DNA of 64,000 nt from Oopsacas minuta. Lineage: Eukaryota; Animalia; Porifera. The position numbers and the translations under genes are program-made. The notes under the pieces were generated by a model, which worked only from the letters and a program-made list of their open reading frames with translations, was not told where the DNA came from and did not search any database. The first letter of the stretch is position 1. Each line of letters begins with the position of its first letter. Positions 25,701 to 40,700 of this stretch are shown in pieces. Location: NCBI GenBank assembly GCA_024704765.1, contig JAKMXF010000295.1:434001-498000 (forward strand). Reading direction: 5' to 3'.

Positions 25701-28700
25701 TAAGGAATGAGAAATTAATTTTAAGTCCAATTGTCGAATATCATTCCTACCGCTTAGTCATTGAAGAAACAGACTTGACAATTGCTGAAGGGATTTGTAG
25801 TATCTTAAATCAGATGTGTCTTAATGGGGCGCATGCATTAGTCCAAATTCGTATGTATGCATTAGTCCAAATCTCATATGATTGCGTTCGTCCAAATATC
25901 AAAATCGGTATTAGTCAGATATTTTTGGTGATGAATGCATGCATTCAAGATGAAATTAAATCGCGAGGAAATATAGTCATTTACTTTTGTTGTTTTGAAT
26001 CGAAATCCTCTCAGCAACTCACATCCTGCTCCAGATCCAACTCGAATCCGATCAAATACCACATCAATTATCAATATAGTCTACTGAAATGCTCATCTTC
26101 TCAGCTCAAGCCAATCTAGCTAGATAATCCATGAAAATGCTAATTCTAGCACCTTCCAACGTGAGTTCTAAATACTCTCAGAAACTCACAGCCTGCTCTA
26201 GATTCAACTCATGCAAACACCACCAAAAATTTGGACTTATGCCGATTTTGATATTTGGACTAACGCAAACATCACCAAAAATTTGGACTAATGCATACAT
26301 ACGAATTTGGACTAGCGACACGACCCCAGTCTTAATTATGTAACCAAATTTTAGTTAGGATATTATGTCACCGCCGAAATCAGGTTATTTTAATCTGATA
26401 ATTTATTTCTTGTGGTCCAAGAACTTCTAGACAATCGTGCGATTCGTTATCAGTTTATCACGAATATTATTTATAACTGTTGGATGTGATCTCGTGGAGA
26501 CATTATGCAGTAATCTTTAGACTTAAATTCGCTCTTTGGTTTATCAGAAGTTATTAAAAACATCCATCTCATCTAGTAGCATTTGGCAAGTATTTACCAC
26601 TTACCACTTAGGGAACTTCAAGAAAATTTCCCCTCGGATGGTATTCTTTACGGACAGATTGATTTTTAATAACAATTATCACCGACTGTAATACTTTTGT
26701 TTTCTAGAGCATATTATCAGAGTATATTGGTTAATGTACCAAATTTGAACATGTTATAGAAAAAGGTAGAATGAAAGGTAACTCGATTGCAAATCCTCAA
26801 ATCTAGCAATCAGAAACTTCATATTCTCCTCAGTATTTGATATCAATCTGAGATTTATAGTTTGGGAGAGTAGTCACCACACCAGTTCGTTTAAGAAAGT
26901 GTGGAATAGTAAACTGGGCATCCAAGTTAATTAGACTGCACTTCGCTTTCTTCAGCTTTCGATACTTTCGAGGAGCATCTCAACAAGTCCTAGCTCCATC
27001 GAGTACTCTATGTTTTTATTCAATGCCTCCCTCTCTGAAATTCTGGGAACCGCAGGTTATACGTAGACAATATTGAGATTAGTCAAATCACTTATATCTA
27101 CTCTGTAGAGAGCCGAGGCCAATACTATCTCTTTTCATCTAGTATTTGTTACATCGTAAATACAGGCAACTCTTCCTCATTGCCATTGCTACTTTTACAA
27201 CACGGGACAGAACAGCAATTGGGCATTGTATGTGCAGAAATAAATGTATATATAGCCAGAAATTAGAGGCACATTGACCAGATTTCAAGTTCACATATAA
27301 TTTGAGTTTAATTAGTTATGATTCAGAAAATATTCACATTCTATAGGTTGCTAGGAAAAAATTCAAAACCTAATTTTCCAACTGTGCCTACAGGCCACGG
27401 CTTAGTTTATTTAGTAATTTCTTTTGCCACTGTTAAATGTAGGTACTATACGATTTTAAATATGACCCCCTATATACCAAATAACCTCCAAACTAATGCC
27501 ATTAAAAGGAATTTGATTTTATACTAAGTTTTCGGCACAGATTGTAATTTTAGATTTTTAGCTCTCTACCCTCGCATTTTATTGTAATACCTTGTCATAT
27601 GCAAACCTTTATTTTTCTAAGCCTGGGTTTTTGAATTTTTGAAATTTGTATATGTTATCATCACTGCTATTGCTGATGTATGTAATGAAAACCGAGAATA
27701 GTTGAGTGAATGAGACGAGAATAAAATAGGACACAAATTTTCCTCCGCGAATAGTCGAAACCGCCAACTCTAAACTCGAGAACGGCGATGGCTGCCTGTT
27801 TTGGTGATTCGTTTTCATGATCTTATACGGCCCTTGTTTTATTCAGATTTTTGCTATTTACAAGAGAGTATACATGTCAAATTGTGCTTGTAAGATGTAT
27901 TTTAGAATTTTATTTATTCACTTTCGCGTTCACCTGATTTATCTCCTGATTTTCATTCAACGGTTATTCAAGGCCAGTCGGCACGTGGATTTTCATTAAT
28001 TATTTCGAAGATTTATTTCAAAATTATTGTTTGATTACCAGTGCTTCTACACCTCTTAGCTTATTCCTCAAACATTTTAATGATAATATTCTAACTTCAG
28101 GTGAACATCCCATAACATGTGTTGAGAGTTCATTTATAACACAAACTATTTACGGAGTTGAACCAGCTTAAACTCTGTGGCAAAGTGGTTGGATCATATA
28201 TTTGAGATTGATAACTTTCCTGATACATTCCTGCGTATCAGGTCTGTATCACTTTATTATATGCAGTGACATGTCCAATTATATTTTATTCTGTTCCAAA
28301 TTTGGCGTTTAACGCTAGTGTTTATTCCAACCAGATCTGATTCATTTATTTCATTGTGAATTACCCCATTCCTGAGGTTCATTTCGCATTTGTTTTGCAC
28401 GTTTAAATGTCAATATGTTATTCTTCCAAGTTGAGAACACTGATTTTACATGCAGTATTTTCGAATTACCCTAATAATACTTGTTTCTATAATTTTAACA
28501 GTTGCATTAATTATTTTTTATTTATGCAAATCGGATATGACTACTATGTACTATTAATTTTAACATATTTGTGCATGTATTTCTTATAATCTGTTCACAA
28601 TTTTATCCTATAGACATGTTGGTCTCTCCTACACTTTGCGGTAATCCCAATTCCACTTCTCCTATCCTTAGTTCTAATATTAATTCGCCAAGTTTGGGAC

Positions 28701-31700
28701 CATGCCTTATTTGTGGAGACAAAGCTACAGGGAATCACTTTGGCGTCCTTAGTTGTGAGGCTTGTAAGAGTTTCTTTAGAAGAAGCGTGCGTAGTAATGC
28801 TAGATATTGTTGTCGAAACTCTCGAGATTGTACCGTTGAAAAGCATACACGCAATAGATGTCAGTATTGTAGATTTCAAAAATGTTTGCAAATGGGGATG
28901 AAAAAAGAAGGTAGGTTACACTTCCTTCATAATTTCATAATCCTGGAAATTTATATTCCTTTGGGTCACACTTTTCTGTTTATTCACTTAGATTACATGT
29001 ATGCATTGGAAATATTTTGGAAAACATTTCACGAGATGCAAACCCTGTTGGGACTTTGCCGTTTTATACCTAAAAGCATTTTTTTGATTAATGGAACAAA
29101 GTTTCTATTTCCTGGAATAATCTTCTTATTTTTGTAATGTTATAGCTCACCAGATATCATCTTATAGCCACTACAAATTGTGTTGGGTATACTAAAAATT
29201 ATTAATGATCTCGAGTTAACGATCTTCTTTGCAGCCTCTAGTATATTTCGTGGAATCTACACATCCAAATATTCCGATATCCATCATGATCATATATCCA
29301 ATTTTATTTGGTGCGATAAAATGGAAGTGTACTTTTTAGCCCGTATAGATGTAGAAGCATCGCTAGCATGGTGCTAGGTGAGGCGCATGCCCCACAGCCC
29401 CATCAACCAAGAATTTGTTTAGGACTGTATCTATTCCTGGCCGGCACCGTCACATTTTTAATTATAATTATTGAATTGTTATCATTTATATTGAGATCTT
29501 AGATGGACCGATTATTGAGTTACGAATTTTTAATCTATAATCATGATACAGTCTGAAACGAAATTATTTACAATTTTCAGATTGTTTCTTAAGGACCCGT
29601 AATATTGCAAAAGCACGAAATTGATATATCTCGATTACTTTACATAAACAATATAATGAATATTTTTTCATTTCAAATTTTTTTGGTTTTTTGCATCATT
29701 TCTTTGATTTTGTCGCGTCCTCCTTGGTGATTACTGAGCATTTTATCCCTATTCTGTGGTGAACTATAATTGTTCGAAATAGATGCAACAAGCCAAACGT
29801 CAAGATATTTCGGAGTTGTTACAATTGAAAAGAACTACTATATAGTCAATTGCAAAGCGATATGGAGTTTCTTTGAAGACTGTGTATAATGTCAAAGCTA
29901 CAGTGTAAGGTTCCAATATTTGAAGCATCGAAGAGTAGCTGGTAGACCAATGAAAATGTCCAAAAATAGCAAGATATTTCTTGCACCAAGCTCCGAAAGA
30001 ATCCACGAGTTTCTGTAAGAAGGATAGCAAGTGATTTCAGGTCACTCAGGGTTTAGATATATCTAGAGAGCCGCTATGGAGGATAATAAAGAGTATGGGA
30101 CTTTCTAAGAAAGTTCCGATTAGAGGGTCGGGAATCACTCCCCAGAATGCGAAAATACGTGTCGATTGGGCCAAGAAACACAGGAATATTCACTGACACA
30201 AGATAATATTCACGGATGATGTTCTCTCTGGCTAAATCAGGATAGAATTCGAATGTGGATAAGAGGTGAATGATCAATCCTCAACATTCCACGTCCCAAA
30301 GTACACATTTGGGGAGGAATTTCTGCCCGACGTGCCACCCCAGTGAAGGTATTCAAGCATAACTTTAATTCAGAACATTTTTGTAATGTCTTAAATGAAG
30401 TTCTGGTTCAGACTGCAGAAATATTATACCCGGATGGCTGGAAATTGCAAGAGGATAATTTGAGTATCCATACATCAAAGTTTTCATGTCCTTTCAAAGA
30501 GACACACTGTGTTAGACGCATAGACTGGCCTCCCAATAGCTCAGATCTAAACCCTACTGAGAATTTATGGGGTGTAGTGAAGCACAGAACAATGGTCAAC
30601 GCTCCATAGACAATTGAGGAAGTGGAGAGTATGATACATTCTCAATGGGAAACGTTTGAATCTGATTTTCTTTCTAGGTTCACAAGTTCCATGAAAAAAA
30701 GGTGTGATCTGGTAATTGCCTCTGGTGTGAAAAGGATTACCTATTAGTAACATTATTGTTTCAGGTAATATCTATCACTTCTATACAAGAAATGTATAGT
30801 CAATGTTTTTAGTAATCAATGCTAAATTGGATTACAGTTAATTTATAATTGTAAATAATTTCGTGTCAGACTGTACATTAGGTGAATCGATATTGTTAAA
30901 TCTCGTGTTTTGATTCTTTGAGATTTTCGAGGCTGCTATTGGTTTCCAAAAATTATTGTCCATCAAGTTTCAATATTGCTTAATTTCTATTCTATCTTTA
31001 GTTATTTTCCAATATATACTTTGACATTGAAGTAGTAGCGTATTTATATTTGACTTAATGCAAGATTACCATCGTTAATAGAATATTAATGATTCCGTTT
31101 TGGAACCATAACATATACTTTATGATTTATAACCAATCTAGACACTTAAATAATACTAAATTTGATTATATCTCTTATGCAATTTGGAATGCATTACTAT
31201 TAGTCCAGTTAAAATTCTGCACATTATCAATACATAAATACTCTCCATACGATTATGATACATTTTTACTGTGCCTACCATACTTTAGTATAGTCATTTT
31301 TTTTCTCCGATAACGGCCTGTAGCCAAAACTGGATAGAATTAAGGTGATACGTATATAGTGTGAGAAAAATTGAAGATACTCGTCGAGTGTGCTTTTCCC
31401 CTTTGCTAATCGATCAGACACCAATTGCCACTATTTCACACTGGTCAAACTTTTGTCTGTCCTCTAGCAAAATTGTGAAAGGGAAGGTGCTAAAATTCTA
31501 TCACCTTGAAAGAGAATATACATCTACACCTTTATACTCCTCTAGAATTTTTATATTGGCTATAGTGTTTTGCTGAAACTAAATGAAAAATATTCATTAC
31601 ATAACACTATGTCATCGGTAATAAGTCTATTTTTCTTAGTGTTAAATATTTATTAGTTTAATAATAAGTACGTTTAGTGGGGGGCGCTGCTTTAGTTAGA

Positions 31701-34700
31701 ATTTTCTGAATAGTAACAAGTTGGATCAATTTTTAGTCAATTGTAACAAGTTAGAATCGACTAAAAATTGATTCTAACTTGTTAAGTAGACTAAAAATTC
31801 ATTCTAACTTGTTACAATTCAGAAAATTCTAACTAATGACAACATTAAAATTCTAACTAAAGCATGCACCCCGTTTAGTGCTGTACATAATATTTTTCAA
31901 ATTAACCATGGATAATTTAAAAGACATGTATTTGCCCGATTATATAACCTCAGATAATATGGTTCTAAATTGACTAAGGGGGTAATTCTATACTATGATT
32001 CCGAATTTGATATTCTTGAATTTGTACAGATCAAATCTCCTCCAGTATTCCCTTCTATTCATTTTATTTAGTCAACTGATAATTATTGCAAACAAATTGG
32101 ACAATTTATGGACTTGAAATCCTCACCTCGCTCAGAAAAAATGTAAATTACAACCTGTGCCGACAGCTTAGCCTATTAAATTCATTTGTTTAAAAAGTGG
32201 CCTTATTAATTGGAGGCACTATATGTATTGAGACTAAGCCTAGTTTTTCATAATGCCACTATTTAAACAAATTTAATTAATATACTAAGCTGTCGGCACA
32301 GGTTGTAATTATTTATTCCGCCCCGTTAAGATGTTGTGTATTATCACTAATGTTTGCATTATTCAACGTATGCCCCATACATTCTTTTCTAATTCCCACG
32401 CAGTCCATGAGATACTGACATAGTATTTCGGGTCTGTTATATTTGATGCTGGTTGATTAAATATTACTCATCCATGGCTCAACAATGTTAAAAAGCAGAA
32501 AGATACATAGGCACCACCTGTGGTGGCTAGTTTCCTTTGCTAATTGTTAAATCCACCTAAACGACCCTAAAAACTACTTCCAAGACAATGGAGCAGGAAA
32601 TTTTTGTTTTATATTGGTCCAAAGTCTTTACCAGGACCATGTTTGGCTTCCCAAACTTGGTCTTGGCCCATTTTTTGTAAACACAATTGGCCCCTTGACC
32701 ATGTTTGGCGACCAAATGTGGCCCAGACCAGTTTTTGTTTTCTAAAATTGTTCCAGAGGATCAGATTTGACTCCCCAAAGTGGTCCAAGACCTGTTTTGG
32801 CAACTTAAATGTTCCGGACAAGCCATTTTGTCGGGATTCCTTTTGAACTCATGTCACTAGAGATCTGAATGTTCCCTTCAGGCATGTTTGTTGTAGCTCA
32901 ACCTGAAGGAGTATACTAGAGTAATTCAAATGAGCGCCTAACTTAGCCTTTAAATTTAGTAGTATATAAGCTATATTTGTATGAACAATTCCTGATTGCA
33001 GGAATATCGATTTGTGCCAAGCTGCATTCTTGAGCAAGGTAAATTTTTAAAGGGAGTGATTTTTGCTCTTTCCGCATTGGTTCAATGGGGAAAGAGTCCC
33101 CGCGAACCTCGTGCTGACAAGAGCACAAAGGCTTGTGAATGGAACCCTACATGGGCTCCCCAACCCCAGCTCGCCCTTGTCGGAGACACTGTTGCAAATA
33201 TGGTTAGGACAAGTTTTGAAAATGGAATGTGTCACAATCCTGCGTTAAGGAAACAGTATTTTCCAAACAATTGTTATGCAACCCCTATAATGCAAGGACA
33301 TGCTGATTACGCCTATCTGTATAAGATTGGATTAGGCCAAAATTTGAATTTATTATGATCTTTTGGATTTGAAGCCCAAATGTGTTAAAATAGATTAAAA
33401 AATTACGTTAACTTCCATATTTTTAGTCTAATCTAGTTTCTCTACAGATATTCGTAATCAGCATTTTTGCTTTTATTATAGGGGTGACATGACATTTTGG
33501 GAAATATTTTTCCTTGATAACGAAGGAATGTGATACATTCGATTCTCTAAAATTGTCCTAACCATATCGAATGGCCCCTATTTCAACACAGCCATACCAA
33601 ATATGGGGATATACATGATTTCCTCATATAGGTAAGAGAAATCAAGTCAAAATGTATTATTTGGCTATGGGAAGTAGGGTATGTTTTAATTATTGGCTAT
33701 TCTTATTTGAGCATATTATTAAGATACGAGTGTATTAATTCCATCAATTGTTCTCAAAGATCAGTATTCTTTATATATTTTACTGTAAACAAACTATTTG
33801 CCTATTGGCGATCACTGTCTTTTTTCGACCTGAAAATATTTCCCTGATGTCTAATGTGTGTTTCATTACATTTTATTATTGGATTTTATCATTGCTTAAT
33901 AATACGCGAGAATCTTCAAAGATACCTTATCTTAATTGATTAAAAGGGTGTGGCAACTCAGGTATAGACTGTCCTGGCTTTACTATAGTTTTCACCATTA
34001 TCAAGTATTAATTGTATATTCTTACAAACGTGTGATCCATCGTATCCTCTGATCTCAAGTCTGGCCAACTTTATATAATTATTTTTGAAATTTCTGTTTA
34101 AATTTCTAACCATTCTATAGATAAATTATAGTCACTTAAAATTAATGATGCAATAATTCACGTTCTATGAGGTATTCAAAATGACAGATTTCCTAAATAT
34201 AGTCTTACTAAGCAAATATTTGAAGATTAATGCGTGGAATCTTTGATAATATACTGTTCTACATTTTCAAAACATTTATTGGTGCAAATTTTTACCGTAT
34301 CTTTAATATGGAAGCTATTTATACTATTGTTGAATCATCAACCGCTTCCCTATCTTAAAAATCACAAATTATTGTAAGGCCTTATGTATAGTATGCTGTG
34401 CTACAATGTTTTTCCTTATATCATTGGTTATTTTTAATTCAAATTACTGCAATGCACTTCAATCCACTTCAATCCACTTCCGGTCTGCAAAATATTGAAG
34501 TTTTCTGCTCTAATCGTACGTAGTCTACGTAACCATGAATATTTCAATTTACTGTACCTCATCTTTTATTTAGAAATGATTAACTCTATATATTTCTGAA
34601 AACCTTTTACAAATGTTTCTACTCCTAATAGCTATTTTATACAATTTGCTTTTTGTTAGCTTAATTTACATACCCTCTTTACTCCCCAAAACATAATTTA

Positions 34701-37700
34701 CAATTGTTCTTCTATGTTTCTATTCATTAGGTTATTTCGTTTCCCTTATAATCTTGTATTTAATATTTTTTAGCCGTCCAAGAAGAAAGGGTTAGTAGCC
34801 GTTATCCTCCAAATGATAAACGACTTAAAATCACTGGTTTGATAAATTCAATGAGTCCTTATTGTTCTCCATATTGCTCTCCAATTTGTACTCCATCTGG
34901 TACCCCAGTAGGTACGCCCCTTGCCAGCCCATACAACAGTCCTTACAGCACTCCAGTTAGTTCTCCTAAACCAACGCGTCACTCTATACTCCACAATGAT
35001 GATTTGGTAACCCCAGCTATTGAAGCTTTAAATCTTAACACAAGTATTACAGTACCAATGCTAATGGCTGCAGATATGATGTCTGGGGATTCTGGAGCTG
35101 GTGTACCTATTGATGTATCACAACCTGCATCATTCGAAGACGTTTGCGAATCTGCTAAAACACAATTGCTGAATATTATTGAATGGGCTAAAAGAATACA
35201 CCCCTTTATGCAACTTCCCATGGATGATAGAGTAAGTAATTTATTGCTGTCCTATACTTATCTAGTTTATTTATTGTAGTTCCTCTCATATATGTTCCTC
35301 CAATTAGCCGATAACCTATATGATTGGAAAAATCCCTCTGGTTTTGATTGCAATCAGCTTACATATATATACTTGAATAACATTTCGTTTTATTACGGAT
35401 GACTCCACTAAATAGCTAACAATGCTTGGCCTCCAATTGTACTAATTTTTATTATTTCGCCTTCGAATAATCTAATATTTTTTTTTTCATTTATATCATT
35501 TCTCATTATCCATTACTGTTACTTATCACTAAAGCTGATTTCATAACCCGAAATAGGGTTTAAAGTCAATTGCACGATCTTGGCTAGAATTCTCAGTTAT
35601 ATTTTTCTTATAATTTTGACGTAACTAATAATCTATTTTGTTAATTGAATATGTATTTGTCTAGTTCTCTAATAATTGATGTTCATCATTTGGCCACTTT
35701 TCCATGTTGACAATTAATCTGACCCATGATCTTCTCATTCTCAAAAAATTCAGTTACTACATTTTGACTCTAATGTATGTATTATCGACAGAACTTACGG
35801 TTGTTCAAAATTCATCGAATGTTAAATATCAATTACTCCTGTATTTTTTTCACTGCTTATCATATTCCAATTCCTAACTTCCATGCTAACAGTATAGTCG
35901 TTTTGATATAGCGTATTTCCCTGAATAGCCACTTGTTGCCCCCCCCCCCCCTCAAGCAAAGCCCACACGAGCAACGCCAAAAAAAAATAGGTAGATTGAA
36001 TATTTCTGATTTTGTGAACATATTAGCTTCGCATGTATATTGATATGCAAATACGAATATTTTGCCAGCCTATAGGGCTGTTTTATCCATTGAATTTCAT
36101 TTTGAGGAGTTTCCCCAAGAAGTATGATAATATTTTCCAAATATTCTCTTTCTTCATCTCAGCGAACTTGGCGGAATGAGTACATCTGGCTGAAGACTAG
36201 GGTTTATTTGTTTCCATTTTCCCTGGAAATCTTTGAATTCTAAAATTTTATCAGGTCCTTTTTGATGGACCAGACAAAAAGGTACGTCATATTTCGCTAT
36301 CTAACATCATTTGCGTCCGAGTTATTCCACTGGTTGCTCCAATAGTATGCAACACCAAGGCACGAACATACCTGTGCATATCATAGAAATTCAATCATTC
36401 AAATTTGCATCGGGTAAATTCGTCCTTATGTTGTATGACTTTTGGAACTCCTTTAGGCTTAGCTTCGACTTAAAAGGGTGCTCAAGACACAAGAATTGTC
36501 ATGCGCTCCTGACCTTCAAGATGTTTTCCTTCCTAATGTATGGTGATATGCATCAGTTATATTTCAGAGAATTCATCCCTCACCTTCTCAGATATTTTCT
36601 ATGTACCTTTTTCTTCCATGACTACATGATTAGGTGGAAGAGTATAATCGTCAAAATCTATCCCAACCGGACCTTAGTATCTCAAACAACTTAATTTTAA
36701 TTTTGGCTACAGACATACTGTGTGCATTTGTGTATTTATTGGATAGTATACTTGATAAACCTATTTAACCATGTTACTTGGCTTGGTTAGTAAAAATCTA
36801 TGAATTCTTTTCCTATGATATGTTTTCTAGCCATACCTAGCTAACTTCATTCATTATCAAATTATTTTGCACATATGTCAATTGAAAAGGACCTAATCTG
36901 AGCCATTTTAATTAGACTTTTCTGACCTACCCGAGGAAAAAATATTTCAAAGCTTTTAGAACAAAATTGATCCTTAACATATTAATTTTTCTTCCACATG
37001 TGGCATAAATTGCACATCATTGGAAAATTGGTAGCACAACATGTGAAAGAATTTTGGGGTTATAATCGTGGTATTGATTATGTGCATTGCTTGAATACAT
37101 TCAATTATCCAAATATATGTGTTACATTAAGTGCCTCTTATAATTAGATTTATGCCACATCTACAACATGTAGAGCAAATATTTATATGTTCATTTCTTA
37201 CTAACTTTTGTTTTAAAATCAGAAGACTTGCCTCGATATATATGTAAATTTGCTCCCAAATTCGCGAAAATATATCTCTTAGTTACTATAGGCGGCTAAG
37301 GTATTTCCCTGATTTAGCGTAGCGACTTGACCATGCTTCGGGGGTATGAAAAAGGCTCCATGACCCTTTAAAAGAACTTTTTGAGGAAAATTTGGGCCTC
37401 ATTTGTGGAAATCTGTGTATATTAGATAGTTTTGTTATATATTCCGATTCCTAATTTCAAATTGTAGTCCTAATTACAGTTTCAATCGGATAAGACGTAC
37501 TCCGTGGAAAATTATAGGCTTTCTAAACGAAGTACTTCTTATCAGAATCTTGTTCATATAAAATGTATGAAAGAATAGTTGCCCCGTTTTGGGAGAAGTA
37601 CGTACTGATTCATTTCTACTCTACTTCCAATACTACAATGTATTGTTCAAAGAGATCTCTACCGCATTTAGCTCCTGTTCAATTTCTTACAAGATTTTAT

Positions 37701-40700
37701 TGACAGGGTAATTGACACTTAATCAACTATTTTGAAATTCATTAATACAATCGTAACTTGCTTTTTAACTGTAGGGTATTAACGTAGAATTATGAGTCGG
37801 TAGCTCAATCGATGCTCTGAATCTAGAGAAAACCATTTTCCTAGCATGGGCACTTGGGGCTAGGCAAAATATTGTGGCTGCAAAATGACACTCTCCCCCC
37901 TTTGCTCTCTTAGGATCGACGCCCTTTTGTAATTCATGTCCGTAGATTTTATATTGGCATCCGAATTTGTCCTTCTTAATTGACATTTGTGCTACCAACA
38001 ATTTTATCATTAATGGGTTCATTATCTATATAATTAGCCAAGTGTGGCTACAAGAATATATTCATAGATTTAGTTTGAACGAAGTTGATTATCTTGGGCC
38101 AATAGTTTATAAATTATTTTCCAAAACATACTCAAATGCACACCCTTTTGCTAGATCAATAATTGGAATTTATTTGTTTTAAAAATTATCTCTGTTTGGT
38201 TTATTTTAGTTGTTCAAGTGCGGTCGGATAGCAAGTTTTGGTGGTCCGATCAACTTTCAGATACTCCTCAGATAAACTAGATATTCTCTCTGTATTAACT
38301 TAACCAGCTGCTAATATCCTAATATTGGGTGAATTGTTCATTTTTGAGGAAAGTGCCATTGCTCTTGTGCTTGTGGTAAATATCCTAGAACTTTCTCTTT
38401 GAATCAAGTTCTATTTATATCCTCCTCAAACCCAAGCCACCTAATCAATCTTCATATAGATGATGTAAACACGAAAATTTATAGCAGAAAGTCCCATCTT
38501 CCATACTGTTTGTACATAAGTAAAGAGCACCACAAGTACTCATGCCTTCGATTTCTTCTCCTCAATAATCCTCCTAATTGCTGCTCACGCTCTCGTATCA
38601 GTGATCAGTAGCGATTCCTTAGTTTAATTAAGTAGTCTAGAGGATATTTACCTTCGAGCGAAATTAGATTACCACCTACCATTCTTGCTACTAACTGTGT
38701 TTTCTGCATCTCTATAGCCATTTGTTTCATGGTGTCATTAGCTTCAAGTATTATAAAATCATTGAAGTGACCTTTCTCTAAATGACAAAACATACAGGCC
38801 ATATTGTCCCTCCACTTGCGTCGTGGCTGTTTCTCCTGAAAGGTGATGTTCTCCACAGGTTCATACCTATCTCACTTTTTGATAGCTCTATCACTTCTCA
38901 TTGTTAATTTCCATAACAAAATATTTTTTCCATTCACCATGATTGAACCTATTCACCTACGGTAATGTCTTCTCCAAAGTTAAGAACGACCTACAATTTA
39001 TCTAAGGCACGATGAAGTTTTCGTGAAGTAGCTATATGGTTCTGACTTGTCGCCGATTCCTTGTGTTTTGAGTGGCTATTTCAGAGTTCTGCAGTTTCTG
39101 TTGACTTATTATGTGCACATTCCAGTCCATTTTACTAGTGAACATATTTGCTAATGAAAAGTATTATCTAAACTTTACACGGTTCTGCGATAAGTGATTA
39201 ATAGGTCACTTTAAATTTACCAAATGAGAGTTAAACACTCCAAAAGATGATTAATCGAATTTTTATTAGCTATTCGTAACCAACTATGGTACAATTTGGG
39301 GAAATTTGTGGGTCCTATGACTATATCTCGACAAAATATTTTCTTAACAATGCAGGAATGTCCCTACTTCCAATCTCAACTTCCTAGCTACCCTTTCATG
39401 TGATACCTTATTACTCCGCTATCTTGCTGAGTCCAATTATGCATAAATCAACGCTCTACAGCAGTCCACACCTTCATTACAAGGATTTCTTGAAAAGGGA
39501 CTTTGTCAAAATAATTATATTAGGCATTTGGAAAATCAAAAAAGTGTTCAAAATTTGTTGTGCGGGAGTGGTTCCTATCAAAAATCATGATCTACTGTCA
39601 TGGAAAGCATGTGGAAAAAGTTTGGTGCTCAATCCGGAATGTTCAAATCTATCGCTAATCTTGGCTTAAGTTGCTGACTAATACATAAATTTTATTGCGT
39701 TTGAATAGCGTAGGTTTTATAGAATTAAACATTATTTCCCTTTTCTTGAGAAATTCCATTAACAAGCAAATTTCTTAGCAGTGATTGAATGTGAACTACG
39801 TATTTAATCACATATTTACCTTTAACAGAATCGTTTCTACTCCAATTTCACTTTATTCTAACAATCAAAACCTATCTAAGAATTATCTTCTTGATTATGA
39901 GTGTCTGACAAATCCGCCGGTCACACTTTTTACCAATTATATCATATAGAATTATATTCATATTCTATTTTTTCGGTCACACAATCCCGTATAGTATGTT
40001 AACTACTCTTTTGTTGAGCCAAACGCATCCAATGTACAAACTTTGAAATTTCGGATTGTTTAGTGTCTTCCGTGAATCAATATTGATGACCAGTGAATAG
40101 AATTTGAATTGGCCAAATTAATCTCGAATTTAGTCTACATTTATCAAATTCTCTACATGTACTTAGCTTCTTAGAATTTCCAAAATCAAGAGAAATGTCA
40201 TCTCGATTGTTTAATAATCGAAAATTGAGTTATAACAGAAAATATTATTATTAATTTGATTGGAGATCATTCCCTTTCTGCAGATTTGTCCCAATTCAGC
40301 GGATATTCAGGTTGACCGATGTCCCAATTAAGCAGAGTTGACTGTATTTTTAAGTATATAGACTTTGATTGTCTTAATTCTGTAGTATTTATTATAAGCT
40401 AGTCTACTTTATTTATTACAAATACATAATCATTTATTTAATTTAGATGATCTTGATAAAAAATTCGTGGATTGAACTACTTTCGTTGCGCCTTGCATTC
40501 AGGTACGTTCCACTTGATGATGTTTTAGTCCTAGGAAGTGGAAAGATTATCCAGAGAAATCAATTGAATGACATTGTAATTGGGAAGATTACTGGAAGAA
40601 TTTTGGATGAATTAGTTTATTGGTTCAAAACATTAAAAGTGGACAAAGCAGAGTTTTGCTGTCTCAAAACAATCCTTCTATTTAATCCAGGTTGGTATTT

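Noticed and set aside
35939-35951. C13 homopolymer as a G-quadruplex regulator
   Set aside because: A simple homopolymer, likely part of a MITE end. No supporting context.
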